From the IMG/VR virus record IMGVR_UViG_3300005563_000033, positions 1 through 64,000 of that record: 64,000 nucleotides of DNA; one strand, written 5' to 3'. The stretch is from a virus. Positions 35,137 through 44,469 of the stretch are shown here, one piece after another (within the stretch, counting starts at the first letter, position 1; every line of letters starts with the position of its first letter). The notes beneath the pieces were generated by a model. That model was not told the origin of the DNA and made no database searches. It saw nothing but the letters and a program-made list of their open reading frames with translations. The translations under genes were made by a program, and so were the position numbers.

Positions 35137-37566
35137 TTGTATCCCGAAAATAGATCAGGGGACCCCGGCCCGCAGTCCGGTAATGTACTCAAAAACTTCC
35201 AGTTAACAACGGATAGTAAGAGTAAACTAGATTTCTCCTACGGGAAAAGTATAGCGGAATACATAGTCTCTACAATGGCTGGAACCAATAGCTATTACTG
35301 GTTACGGAACAATCGATATAAGCTCAATAGGAACGCAGCAGCCGGGAAAATAGATATGTCAAAATTCCAAGATCGCTTGGAAATGAACGGGAAGGACAAC
35401 TTTGCAAATTTAAATTGGCAAAGTATCAAGGTGGTCAATACGATCATAGCTCGTTTAGTAGCTCGTGGGATGAATAGCACTGAAAAGATTGTTGTAACCG
35501 CCGTAGATTCCCTTTCCCAAAAAGATAAGCAAGAAGAATATCAAGCCGCCGAATTTTACATGCGTCATCAACAGATGATCCGACAATTAGAACAAGCATC
35601 CGGCCAACAAATCATTCCTACTGGCCAATACATTCCAGAAGATCAAAATGAGCTAGACCTTTGGGCGGCTGAATATTTGGAACTTCCAGAAGAAATATTG
35701 TACGAAAAAACGGTCAATGATATATTAGCGGCGAATGGCTTTTTTGATGTGATAAAGGAAATGCAATTGCATGACAGTGATGAGGTTGGATTTGTTGGTA
35801 CATACACTTGGATGGATGAGTCTGGGGTTATTCACGTAGACCGAGTGAAGCCAGAAAATGCCATCTATTCGTATTCAGAATTTAATGATTTCAGGGATAC
35901 AGCTTGGCGTGGTCGAGCTTTCGATATGAAAATCAGTGAGTTTAGACGTAGATATGGTAAAGAATTTGGTGGCAAATTGACGGAGGAAGAGATTTGGCAA
36001 TACGCTATGACTTCCAAAGAATACCAGCTTGATGATAAAATACGCTGGCTCTTACAATGGAATACAATGATGTTACGACCTTATGACGAATGGAATATAG
36101 GTATGATCCATTTTGAATTAAGGAGCTTGGACAAAGACGATTACACTATCACCGAAACCCTTCAAAATAAAAGAACCTTTGTTGATCGGGGCGTCCCTAC
36201 TAATCTGAAACCCAATCAGGAATATGTAGCAGATGAATATTGGAATATCTATGAAGGGATGTTTGCCCGCGATAAGTGCGAAATGCTGGAATGGGGATTG
36301 AAGAAAAACATGATTCGCCCCCAAGACCCGAAAGAAATAGGTAACGCTGAATTCTCTTATAGCTTCTATATGCATCAAAATTACCAGATGCGTAATGTAG
36401 CTATCCCGGAAAAGATAGAGGAGCCGGTGGATCAAATGATATTGGCTCTTCTGAGGATTCAACAGTGTATTGCCACTATGCGGCCGCCCGGATCAGCCAT
36501 AAACGTAAGGGCATTAAGAGAGGTGGATTTGGGATTAGCAGACGGCACAAAACCTTTTGATGTAAAAAAAGTTTTTGACCAAAAAGGAGACTTGTATTAT
36601 ACGGACATGGATGCGGAAGGGAATATGATTCCCGGCTCTCCCGTAACGGCTGCCCCAGACGACGGCTTTATGAACAAACTACAAGCCCTGATTGCCGATT
36701 ATCAATTCCATCAGGCTGTTTTGCGAGATGAACTAGGAGAAGACCCCAATCTTATTTCCCAAGCAGCCAAACCCCGCGTTACCACAGAGAACATAAATAC
36801 TGCCCAAAATCAAAGCCTCTTAGCTACCGATTACTTTTATGACTCTTGGTTAAATTGCATGAAAGATACAGCCAAGAAAGTATGCTGTTTGATTCATGAC
36901 TCTGTTTATTACGGAGCATCAGTCTATAGGCATCTTTTAGGGGAGCAAGATGTAGAAGGGCGTGTGTTTACTTCTGACATACAAATGTTACCTACGGAGC
37001 AAGAGCAAGCTAACTTACAGGCCATGATGAATGAGATTATCCAAAGTAACCCTGAATTTTTGGTATACTGCGACACATTTAAGGTCATGCGGATGGCTAA
37101 GGAGGATTACAAACTTGCAGAGAAGTATTTGCGTCAATGTCAGAAAAAAATGATTCAAGGCCAAAAAGAACAAGCCGCGCAGAATACACAGTTGGCCGCA
37201 CAACAACAACAGGCAAGCAACCAACAGGCCGCTGAAAATGAAATGCAGATGGAGAAAATGAAGGCGGATTTAGAATCTCGAAAGAATGAGGAGTTAAGTA
37301 GGGCCAAAAAAGAAGAGCTATTTATTAACGGAATATTCTCTGTTTGGACAAAAGGGGGAACGCTACCACCCGAATTACAGGGGGTGGCTCAGGAGCTAAT
37401 CCAAAATGTAGGATTACCTTTATTTGCTCAAAATACAAAAAATAATGTAGCTTTAGCACAAGGAATGCAGGCCATGCAACAATCGGACCAGGGACAACAG
37501 GCCCCATCTGAAGATCAGCAAGAACCTGCCGAAACCGATCAATCACCACAAACTATGCAACAATGA
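35137..37566 (+). CDS. Portal protein
   Basis: 809 aa directly after TerL; long Q-rich C-terminal coil; size and position as in crAss-like phages. Confidence 0.85.
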   Translation: MYPENRSGDPGPQSGNVLKNFQLTTDSKSKLDFSYGKSIAEYIVSTMAGTNSYYWLRNNRYKLNRNAAAGKIDMSKFQDRLEMNGKDNFANLNWQSIKVVNTIIARLVARGMNSTEKIVVTAVDSLSQKDKQEEYQAAEFYMRHQQMIRQLEQASGQQIIPTGQYIPEDQNELDLWAAEYLELPEEILYEKTVNDILAANGFFDVIKEMQLHDSDEVGFVGTYTWMDESGVIHVDRVKPENAIYSYSEFNDFRDTAWRGRAFDMKISEFRRRYGKEFGGKLTEEEIWQYAMTSKEYQLDDKIRWLLQWNTMMLRPYDEWNIGMIHFELRSLDKDDYTITETLQNKRTFVDRGVPTNLKPNQEYVADEYWNIYEGMFARDKCEMLEWGLKKNMIRPQDPKEIGNAEFSYSFYMHQNYQMRNVAIPEKIEEPVDQMILALLRIQQCIATMRPPGSAINVRALREVDLGLADGTKPFDVKKVFDQKGDLYYTDMDAEGNMIPGSPVTAAPDDGFMNKLQALIADYQFHQAVLRDELGEDPNLISQAAKPRVTTENINTAQNQSLLATDYFYDSWLNCMKDTAKKVCCLIHDSVYYGASVYRHLLGEQDVEGRVFTSDIQMLPTEQEQANLQAMMNEIIQSNPEFLVYCDTFKVMRMAKEDYKLAEKYLRQCQKKMIQGQKEQAAQNTQLAAQQQQASNQQAAENEMQMEKMKADLESRKNEELSRAKKEELFINGIFSVWTKGGTLPPELQGVAQELIQNVGLPLFAQNTKNNVALAQGMQAMQQSDQGQQAPSEDQQEPAETDQSPQTMQQ

Positions 37567-37838
37567 GTGTAGTAGTAACCAACCAAGTTTCATCTCCTGC
37601 GAATGCCGGTCAATGCGCATTGGTAACACTTAATTCAGCAGATGCTTTGGCACAACTGCCTACATTGACAAATGGGACAAAGGCCACTTGTGGCTCAAGC
37701 TCAAAAGTTGGGTATGTAACTAATGTGGACGCATTGGGTAATACCTTTGAGGTAAGACCGGTTACACAACAGGCTAGATTTGATAGTTCAAGCACTCCGT
37801 ACATACTAAATGCTACAGAGTCAATAACTTTAGGGTAA
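37563..37838 (+). CDS. Putative minor head/decoration protein
   Basis: Beta-rich, S/T/A-rich, in the head module. Confidence 0.5.
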   Translation: MSVVVTNQVSSPANAGQCALVTLNSADALAQLPTLTNGTKATCGSSSKVGYVTNVDALGNTFEVRPVTQQARFDSSSTPYILNATESITLG

Positions 37839-37854
37839 CGAATAAAATATTTTT

Positions 37855-38208
37855 ATGGCTACATCCTCAGTACTTGATATATCGGCTGAATTTAATTCAG
37901 TAGGGCATAAGAATATAGATATGTCCGGGTGGGATTCGGTTACTATTCAATTAGTGACACCCACGGGAACTATCACATTTAATGGAACAAATGACGATGG
38001 AAGCGTAACGGGGAGCGTTCAGGGAAATGCAAATTCTGCTATTAACTGGACAGCTATTCAGGCAACCAACTTAAATACCGGTGCGGCGGCCACTACCGGC
38101 GCAGCGTCTGGGCTATGGAGGGTATCTGCGTTTCCCAGGTTCTTGCAATTAACCGGCAGTTCAGTTACGGCTGCTAAAATATTATTGTTCTTTAGTAAGA
38201 TTTGTTAA
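37855..38208 (+). CDS. Putative head decoration protein
   Basis: Beta-rich, jelly-roll-like composition (TITFNGTND..W). Confidence 0.5.
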   Translation: MATSSVLDISAEFNSVGHKNIDMSGWDSVTIQLVTPTGTITFNGTNDDGSVTGSVQGNANSAINWTAIQATNLNTGAAATTGAASGLWRVSAFPRFLQLTGSSVTAAKILLFFSKIC

Positions 38209-38211
38209 AAT

Positions 38212-38239
38212 ATTTCCACGTGGAACGTTCTGTGGAACA
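38212..38239. promoter_or_regulatory. parS-like palindrome plus half site
   Basis: ATTTCCACGTGGAACG (13/16 to TGTTCCACGTGGAACA), then TGTGGAACA. Confidence 0.45.
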
Positions 38240-38242
38240 GAA

Positions 38243-38268
38243 AGGCCCGCTGTAGAAACAGAAGGCCT
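38243..38268. other. Intergenic hairpin
   Basis: AGGCC-CG-CTGT-AGAA-ACAG-AA-GGCCT. Confidence 0.45.
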
Positions 38269-38325
38269 ATAAAAAATTGGTTAGTATCAGGACACAAGGT
38301 AGTGATTTTTAATCAACTATAATAT

Positions 38326-39486
38326 ATGCCTGATACGTTAGTTTCTCCGGGAGCCGCTCCCATTGATTTAGGGTTTGTAAATCCCTTTGATACTACGCTT
38401 GTAAAAGAGCCTGTAGTAACCCCTCCCGCACCTGCTGCCACCACGGAACCCGTGGTAACGCCGCCAACTCCTGAAGTAAAAGAACCGCCCGCGCCAGCCA
38501 CTCCCCCCAAAGAGGAAGATGATATTTTTGACGAAGTGCAATATGTAAAAAATACCTTCGGGTGGGATAACGTAGAAGCCGGGAAAGCCGAATTGGAACG
38601 CCTTCGCGCCTTGGAAAAGCAGCCTTTTAAGTTCCCCAATGCTGATAGCGAAGCGGCCTTTAATTATCTGAAAGAAGATAAGCTACCGGAATTGCACAGT
38701 CTATTAGACAAAAAGATAAAACTCAGTAAGGCCGATACGCTGGATGCAAAAAACGCTATTGCCCTTCACTTGCAAGTAACAAATCCGCACTTTACCCAAC
38801 AGGACATAGACGACGTATTGGAAGAAAGATACCCGGCTCCCGCACAGCCCAAAAAGGGAGCCGACGAAGAAGATGCCGAATTTGAGGCCCGGCAAAACGA
38901 ATACAAGGCCGCTATGGAAAAGATTAACCGGCGCATTAACCGGGACTCCTTGGCAGCTAAAGAAGACCTCAAAAAACTACATAGCGAACTCGTTCTCCCA
39001 GATATAAACAGAGTAGACCCAAAACTGGCTCAGGAAGCTGCCCAAAAGGAATTGGAAGCCACTCAGGCCAGGGAAAGGTTTCTGCAAACATTAGATCGCG
39101 ATTTCAAAAACGTTGAAGGGTTTAAGGCAACGTACAAAGACAAGGAAGTCGAAATACCGTTGTCCTACGACATTACCGACGAAGAAAAAGCGGCCTATAA
39201 AGAAAAGATCAAAACGCTCGATCTACGGGAGTATTTCGGACCGCGATGGTTCAATGAAGACGGCACTCCAAAAGTTAATAGGATCATTCGTGACCTATAC
39301 CGATTGGAGAATGAAGAAAAGGTTGATCAAAAACTTGTTAACGATGCCGGTTCCAAAAGAATGGAACAGTATTTAAAACAACGTAAGCAAATCAGTCTTG
39401 ACGGTAAAAAGCCGGAAGGAACCTTTGCGCCGGATATTACCAAAGAACAAGAGCAGCGTTTAGGAGAATGGGCATTTGCGAAATAA
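38326..39486 (+). CDS. Putative capsid scaffolding protein
   Basis: Pro-rich acidic N-terminus, helical body, directly upstream of MCP. Confidence 0.65.
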   Translation: MPDTLVSPGAAPIDLGFVNPFDTTLVKEPVVTPPAPAATTEPVVTPPTPEVKEPPAPATPPKEEDDIFDEVQYVKNTFGWDNVEAGKAELERLRALEKQPFKFPNADSEAAFNYLKEDKLPELHSLLDKKIKLSKADTLDAKNAIALHLQVTNPHFTQQDIDDVLEERYPAPAQPKKGADEEDAEFEARQNEYKAAMEKINRRINRDSLAAKEDLKKLHSELVLPDINRVDPKLAQEAAQKELEATQARERFLQTLDRDFKNVEGFKATYKDKEVEIPLSYDITDEEKAAYKEKIKTLDLREYFGPRWFNEDGTPKVNRIIRDLYRLENEEKVDQKLVNDAGSKRMEQYLKQRKQISLDGKKPEGTFAPDITKEQEQRLGEWAFAK

Positions 39487-39516
39487 CAATTTTACTAACA
39501 TCTAATTCTAAATAAG

Positions 39517-40929
39517 ATGCCAGCAGGAATTCCTACGTCAAATATATTACAGCCGGGTGCGATTAGTCAGCAGACCCAGCTACGCCAGCTTATGGTGGAC
39601 CTTCAAATTCTCAAGCCTCAGTGGTATAAAAACTACGTAGAAAAGTACGGCAACGAAGATTTTACGTGGTGGTTAGCTACCTATGCCGGAATGGAAGAGG
39701 TTAAAAACCAGCAGTATTTTTGGTTTGAAAACCGTGGTAAGCTCATGGTAGCTATCACGAACCTGAATGCAGTAAATGCTCCCGCAGCAGGGGCTACCGT
39801 TACGGTAACCTTGCCGGTAGGTGACCACTTCGATGCCGGTACATTAAGCCCGTTGCGTGTTGGTGAAACTGTTCGTATTGCATCTAACCACGTAGAAGGT
39901 AAGATACTTACGATCAACGAAACTACGCCTAATGCGCACTTCTGTACCATTCGTCCGCTTCAGTCTACCCAGGCATTTGCCAGCCCGTCCGGTAACCTGG
40001 ATGCGAACGAAATTCTCATCTTTGGTGGCGATACGGAAGCCGGTGAACAATCGACCCAGATTAACCCGCTCATTCACTTGGACAAGCAGTATTTAAACAC
40101 TATCACTGAAATACGTGATGGATGGAGCAATACAGACCTTGCTCAGATGGCAGAAACCTACTACGAGTTTCCGGTTAGCGGGGATTTGGCACAGAATGGT
40201 GTAACCGCCTTCACCTATAAGGGCATGTTTAAGACGCTCACGCGCTTCAAGAACAACGTAGAAGCAAAGCTCATGTTTGGTGATGTACAGACCAATACGG
40301 GCCTTAATACGTCCGTAGGCGCTCAGGGCTTACTTCCTAAGCTGTTTGCCGATGCCGAAACATTGACCTACACGCCTCCTACGATTGACTTTGCCAAGAT
40401 GCATGAACTTACCCGTATCATGGACGTAAACGGATGCGATAAGCAGTGTGCTTGGTTGATGGATATTTTCCAGTCTCAGCAATTCAGTGATGGCATTTTC
40501 AACGAACTGCCAGCCGGTGCATTTGTATGGGGCCAAGGGGAAAAATCCGAAGAGGCAAGCATGGCTTACGGGTTCAAGCAGCTCTACATCGACGGATATA
40601 TGTTCATGAAAAAGAAGTACGTCAACTTCAATACAGAGGTCATGACCGGTAAGACCCCCAACACGGACCTTACTCGCAACTTCGGCATTATCTATCCGAT
40701 GGGAGAAACAAAAGACGCCCGTTCTGCCGCGCCGATGAAGAACTTGACCGTGATGTATCAACAGCCTCCTGTAGGCGGTACAATCGGTAACGCGATTCGT
40801 CTATGGCAGTACGGTGGTGGTTCTCCGAACCCCACGGACGGAACAATGACTAATCAATTGGCTATGATCACCTACCGTTCGCTCCGGTGTGTATCTGCTA
40901 ACAAGTTCGTCGTTGTAGAATCCAACTAG
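39517..40929 (+). CDS. Major capsid protein
   Basis: 470 aa; position after the scaffold; strong C-ending codon bias; followed by a terminator. Confidence 0.85.
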   Translation: MPAGIPTSNILQPGAISQQTQLRQLMVDLQILKPQWYKNYVEKYGNEDFTWWLATYAGMEEVKNQQYFWFENRGKLMVAITNLNAVNAPAAGATVTVTLPVGDHFDAGTLSPLRVGETVRIASNHVEGKILTINETTPNAHFCTIRPLQSTQAFASPSGNLDANEILIFGGDTEAGEQSTQINPLIHLDKQYLNTITEIRDGWSNTDLAQMAETYYEFPVSGDLAQNGVTAFTYKGMFKTLTRFKNNVEAKLMFGDVQTNTGLNTSVGAQGLLPKLFADAETLTYTPPTIDFAKMHELTRIMDVNGCDKQCAWLMDIFQSQQFSDGIFNELPAGAFVWGQGEKSEEASMAYGFKQLYIDGYMFMKKKYVNFNTEVMTGKTPNTDLTRNFGIIYPMGETKDARSAAPMKNLTVMYQQPPVGGTIGNAIRLWQYGGGSPNPTDGTMTNQLAMITYRSLRCVSANKFVVVESN

Positions 40930-40939
40930 TATTTATCAG

Positions 40940-40977
40940 GTGTGGCGGGGTAATGCCTGCCACACTTTCATTTTTTT
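40940..40977 (+). terminator. Rho-independent terminator after MCP
   Basis: GTGTGGCGGG/CCTGCCACAC stem followed by TTTCATTTTTTT. Confidence 0.75.
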
Positions 40978-40990
40978 AAACAATTTTAAT

Positions 40991-41893
40991 ATGGCAACAA
41001 CGCTCAGAAATACGCAATCTGCATTGGCAGATCGTACTCCGGAAGGCCCGGCTATTGAATCAGAGCAACTTGCCTCTACAATGGCAGTCGCACAGGCGGC
41101 AGCACAAGCGGGGGTAGCTCAGACGCACAAAGTTTTTAAACTAGTCAATACCAAAAGAAATGGCCGTGTCCATATCTCAGGTATTGATGATGTGCCGGAC
41201 CCCGTAACCAAGAAATTAACCCGTATCCGACTTTTGCAAGGGTTTGACAGTATTTGGGTAAAAGATCAAAAAGACTTACCAGAAGATTTCGTAAAAATGA
41301 ATCAACGAAGTCTAACTTTCGAAAGCAAGATTTTACGTATTCCTATATGGGATACGCAGGCATTGGAATTTATTTCCTTGTGTCGCTCCAATGTAAAAAG
41401 CCCCAATAAGACCAAGGCGGCCAAACACCAGTTTTTCGAATGGGAACCGGAAGAAATGCAGAAAGAGCAGCTTAAAAAACGCAAAGCTAAATTGGATGCT
41501 ATCAAAATGGCGCTCAATGAAACCGACATGGATAAGGTACGTAAGCATTGCAGTTTCTTAGGCATCCCCATGATTGACCAATTAGGATTTCCGCTTACAG
41601 ATAGCGGATTGTCGGACGCCTATGCATTATATGCTGAACAGAACCCGGATAGGTTTACAGAAACCATTACATCTCCCCTTATCAATGTCTCCTGGCTCGT
41701 TAAAAAAGCCATTATAGACGCTAAAATTGATTTAGGAAAGCAACCCAATACTGCTTGTTGGTCTAATGGAGGCGGTTTTATCTGTAAAATCCCCGATCCT
41801 GCAAAGGCAACCGAATACCTTATAGAACTAGCCATGTTACATACGGATGAGGGGAAACAATTTTTAATGCAACTACAAGAAAACGTACGATAA
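40991..41893 (+). CDS. Conserved post-capsid protein (crAss-like head module)
   Basis: Position; ATG at 40991 downstream of the terminator. Confidence 0.7.
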   Translation: MATTLRNTQSALADRTPEGPAIESEQLASTMAVAQAAAQAGVAQTHKVFKLVNTKRNGRVHISGIDDVPDPVTKKLTRIRLLQGFDSIWVKDQKDLPEDFVKMNQRSLTFESKILRIPIWDTQALEFISLCRSNVKSPNKTKAAKHQFFEWEPEEMQKEQLKKRKAKLDAIKMALNETDMDKVRKHCSFLGIPMIDQLGFPLTDSGLSDAYALYAEQNPDRFTETITSPLINVSWLVKKAIIDAKIDLGKQPNTACWSNGGGFICKIPDPAKATEYLIELAMLHTDEGKQFLMQLQENVR

Positions 41894-42580
41894 ATGGACG
41901 CTGATACGCCGTATAGAATTCTGCAAATAATTTGCAACAAGTTTCAGGCGGGAAATATTACGGCCCAGCAGTACATGGACGCTATTAATCAGGCCCAGCG
42001 AGACTTTCTTGCTTTCTTGCTGGGCCAATTCGTATCCTATCAATATGGCAAACCTCTATCTAGGGTGCAATTTGGTATGAATGAAATAGTGCGCCAAAGG
42101 GTTACTCCTTTTATAAGCAAGCCAGCACCATTAGTAATCGACACCAACGGTAATGCACCTTATCCAGTTGGCATGCAGCAAGTAGATGCCATGTACACAA
42201 CATCTATGGATAGGATTAGATACGTACCGCAGCATAAACTATTTTCATATTTAAAGAGCAAGATAGACCCAATTGCAACTAATCCAATATTCTTAATAGA
42301 AGACACTCAGTTTCAATTTTATCCGAATACAACTTTTAATGGAGTTGCATTGAGTTCTGCTAAGATTAGCTATGTAAATACGCCTCCTGATGTAGTTTGG
42401 GCTTCAATACCTGATGGGCAAGGAAGACCCGTTTACAATCCGGGAGCAAGCCAAGGACCATTGTTTTATGATGTAGATGTAATGGAATTGATTTCAAGGG
42501 CATTAGCTATGTTTGGAGTAAATCTTCAAGCGAATGAGGTAAGTCAATATGCACAGATGGCTAAAACACAAGGAGCGTAA
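41894..42580 (+). CDS. Tail ring / head-tail adaptor protein
   Basis: NKFQAGNIT...INQAQ..., ISYVNTP; position. Confidence 0.65.
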   Translation: MDADTPYRILQIICNKFQAGNITAQQYMDAINQAQRDFLAFLLGQFVSYQYGKPLSRVQFGMNEIVRQRVTPFISKPAPLVIDTNGNAPYPVGMQQVDAMYTTSMDRIRYVPQHKLFSYLKSKIDPIATNPIFLIEDTQFQFYPNTTFNGVALSSAKISYVNTPPDVVWASIPDGQGRPVYNPGASQGPLFYDVDVMELISRALAMFGVNLQANEVSQYAQMAKTQGA

Positions 42581-43207
42581 ATGGATAGATACACTTTTTG
42601 CGAAAGGGCATTACGTCAAATATACGGAGAACAGCCTACGGATGATTCAAATATCACCGTAAATCTAGTCAATTCGTGGATTGGTGATGCCACCGCCTTC
42701 GCCGCAAAAAAGAACTGGACGGATAATATACAAATTGATCAGTTGGCGTATGTGAATAACGGGTTCTACACCACCTTCAAAAATATACCTGTTGTAGATG
42801 AAGGTGAACTTTTTTTATACAAAATAACCTTGCCTGAAATACCAGTAGGAATTGGGAGAAATGAAGGCGTTTCTACTTTACAATTCGTAGATTCTAGTGG
42901 GAATGTGTCAGACCCAGCTATCCCGTTGAGCCAAAATCAAGTTGGATATTATAGGGGGCAGCGCCAAATACCTAATAAAATATCCTATTACCCGGAAGGA
43001 ACATTTTTATACGCCATTTCTCCCTTGATTTTAAGTGACTATACAGCCAAGGTAAAAATGGTTAGCGCAGGCGATAGTACGGATTTGAATAGTACTTTAA
43101 ATGTTCCACAGGATTATTTTCAGCCAATGGTTGAGTATATAAAAATGCAGTTATCCTTTGAAAGGGCTCAAGTTAAAGATTTGCAGAACGATGGCCAAGA
43201 TTCATAA
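42581..43207 (+). CDS. Tail ring protein
   Basis: 208 aa in the ring cluster; YKITLPEIP, LNVP.DY. Confidence 0.6.
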   Translation: MDRYTFCERALRQIYGEQPTDDSNITVNLVNSWIGDATAFAAKKNWTDNIQIDQLAYVNNGFYTTFKNIPVVDEGELFLYKITLPEIPVGIGRNEGVSTLQFVDSSGNVSDPAIPLSQNQVGYYRGQRQIPNKISYYPEGTFLYAISPLILSDYTAKVKMVSAGDSTDLNSTLNVPQDYFQPMVEYIKMQLSFERAQVKDLQNDGQDS

Positions 43208-43422
43208 TGCCGATCTATTCAAACATATCAGGAGCATCGAATATATCAGCTTACAATATAGGCCCAGATTTTATAGATGTCATGTTTAATAGTGGTCAGG
43301 TTTACAGATATTCCTATGATAGTGCCGGGGAGGATAATGTGGAAGAAATGAAAAGATTGGCTGAAAGCGGCAGCGGATTAAACAGCTATATTTTAGCATA
43401 CGTAAAAGAAGATTATGAGTAA
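43207..43422 (+). CDS. KTSC-like domain protein
   Basis: SNISAY..IDVMFNSGQVYRY..LAESGSGLNSYI. Confidence 0.7.
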   Translation: MPIYSNISGASNISAYNIGPDFIDVMFNSGQVYRYSYDSAGEDNVEEMKRLAESGSGLNSYILAYVKEDYE

Positions 43423-43690
43423 TATACGACCGATAAAAACACAAGTTTTGGTAAAACCATGTGCATCAGATACTATTTCTGAGGGAGGCATAATTGTTCC
43501 AAATAGCTTTTTGGAAGAGAGTAACAAGGTGGAAGTTATTGCTACCGGGAATGGGACAAAGAAAAAACCTATGCGATACTCAAAAGGACAAATAGCTTTT
43601 CGGGTAAAAGGGCACGGCGAACCGATTGAGGAAAATGGAGAAAGATATTACTTAATGGATCAAGACGCGCTTTTGGCAACTTTAAATTAA
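43415..43690 (+). CDS. groES: Co-chaperonin GroES-like protein
   Basis: IRPIKTQVLVKP..SEGGIIVP..VIATGNG..YYLMDQDALLA. Confidence 0.85.
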   Translation: MSNIRPIKTQVLVKPCASDTISEGGIIVPNSFLEESNKVEVIATGNGTKKKPMRYSKGQIAFRVKGHGEPIEENGERYYLMDQDALLATLN

Positions 43691-43695
43691 AAAAA

Positions 43696-44466
43696 GTGGC
43701 ACAGCAGAAACAAGGAATGATAACAGTGGATGAGGTAGTTAACAACTACTTAGATCGATCTGAGCAAGGTATCCATAAGTATTGGAAAATCTGGCATATA
43801 GCCTTTGATGGATTGTATGAAATGGGCCTTGATTTCTTTTTTAGGGTTAAATCTGTCAAACTTCCTGTAAATGCCAACTTGACCGTAAATATGCCGGATG
43901 ATTGCTTGATTTATTCCAAGGTGGGCGTTTTGAATTCTCGTGGTGAAGTTATTCCGCTTTCATATAATAACAAACTTACTGCTTTTGCTGATTTGAGTTC
44001 TGATCGATTAGCCAAGACGCAGGATAATACCATTGTAGACCTATTGCTATTTAATACTCCAATTTGGTATAACTATTGGAATGGCGACTGTTATACAGCT
44101 CTATATGGACTACCAAGCGGTGCGCCATTTGTGGGGTCATTCAAAATAGACTTAGCAAACGGAATTATTCTACTGGGGGAACATTTTGGTTATGACTACA
44201 TTTTACTTGAATATGTAGCGAGTCCAGAAGAGGGAGGCACATATTACTTGCCCGTTCAGTTTAAAACAGCCCTCATGTGGTATCTTGCTTGGCAGGATAT
44301 TGCCATGATGCCAAATACTAGACGCGGAACCTTGGGAGACAAAGCGGACAGAAAAAGGAATTATTTTAATGAACTCAGAAAAGCAAATGCAAGGTTCAAG
44401 CCGATTTATCTTAGCGACGCATATGAATGGAGTATGGAAAATCAAAGACTTGTAGTTAAAATGTAA
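43696..44466 (+). CDS. Tail ring/tubular protein
   Basis: MPDDCLIYSKVG, ILLEYVA; precedes the muzzle. Confidence 0.65.
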   Translation: MAQQKQGMITVDEVVNNYLDRSEQGIHKYWKIWHIAFDGLYEMGLDFFFRVKSVKLPVNANLTVNMPDDCLIYSKVGVLNSRGEVIPLSYNNKLTAFADLSSDRLAKTQDNTIVDLLLFNTPIWYNYWNGDCYTALYGLPSGAPFVGSFKIDLANGIILLGEHFGYDYILLEYVASPEEGGTYYLPVQFKTALMWYLAWQDIAMMPNTRRGTLGDKADRKRNYFNELRKANARFKPIYLSDAYEWSMENQRLVVKM

Positions 44467-44469
44467 TAA

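Noticed and set aside
38243-38268. TGTAGAAAC hairpin resembling a Cas12a-type repeat
   Set aside because: Single copy with no spacer structure; better explained as an ordinary hairpin like the one at 10383
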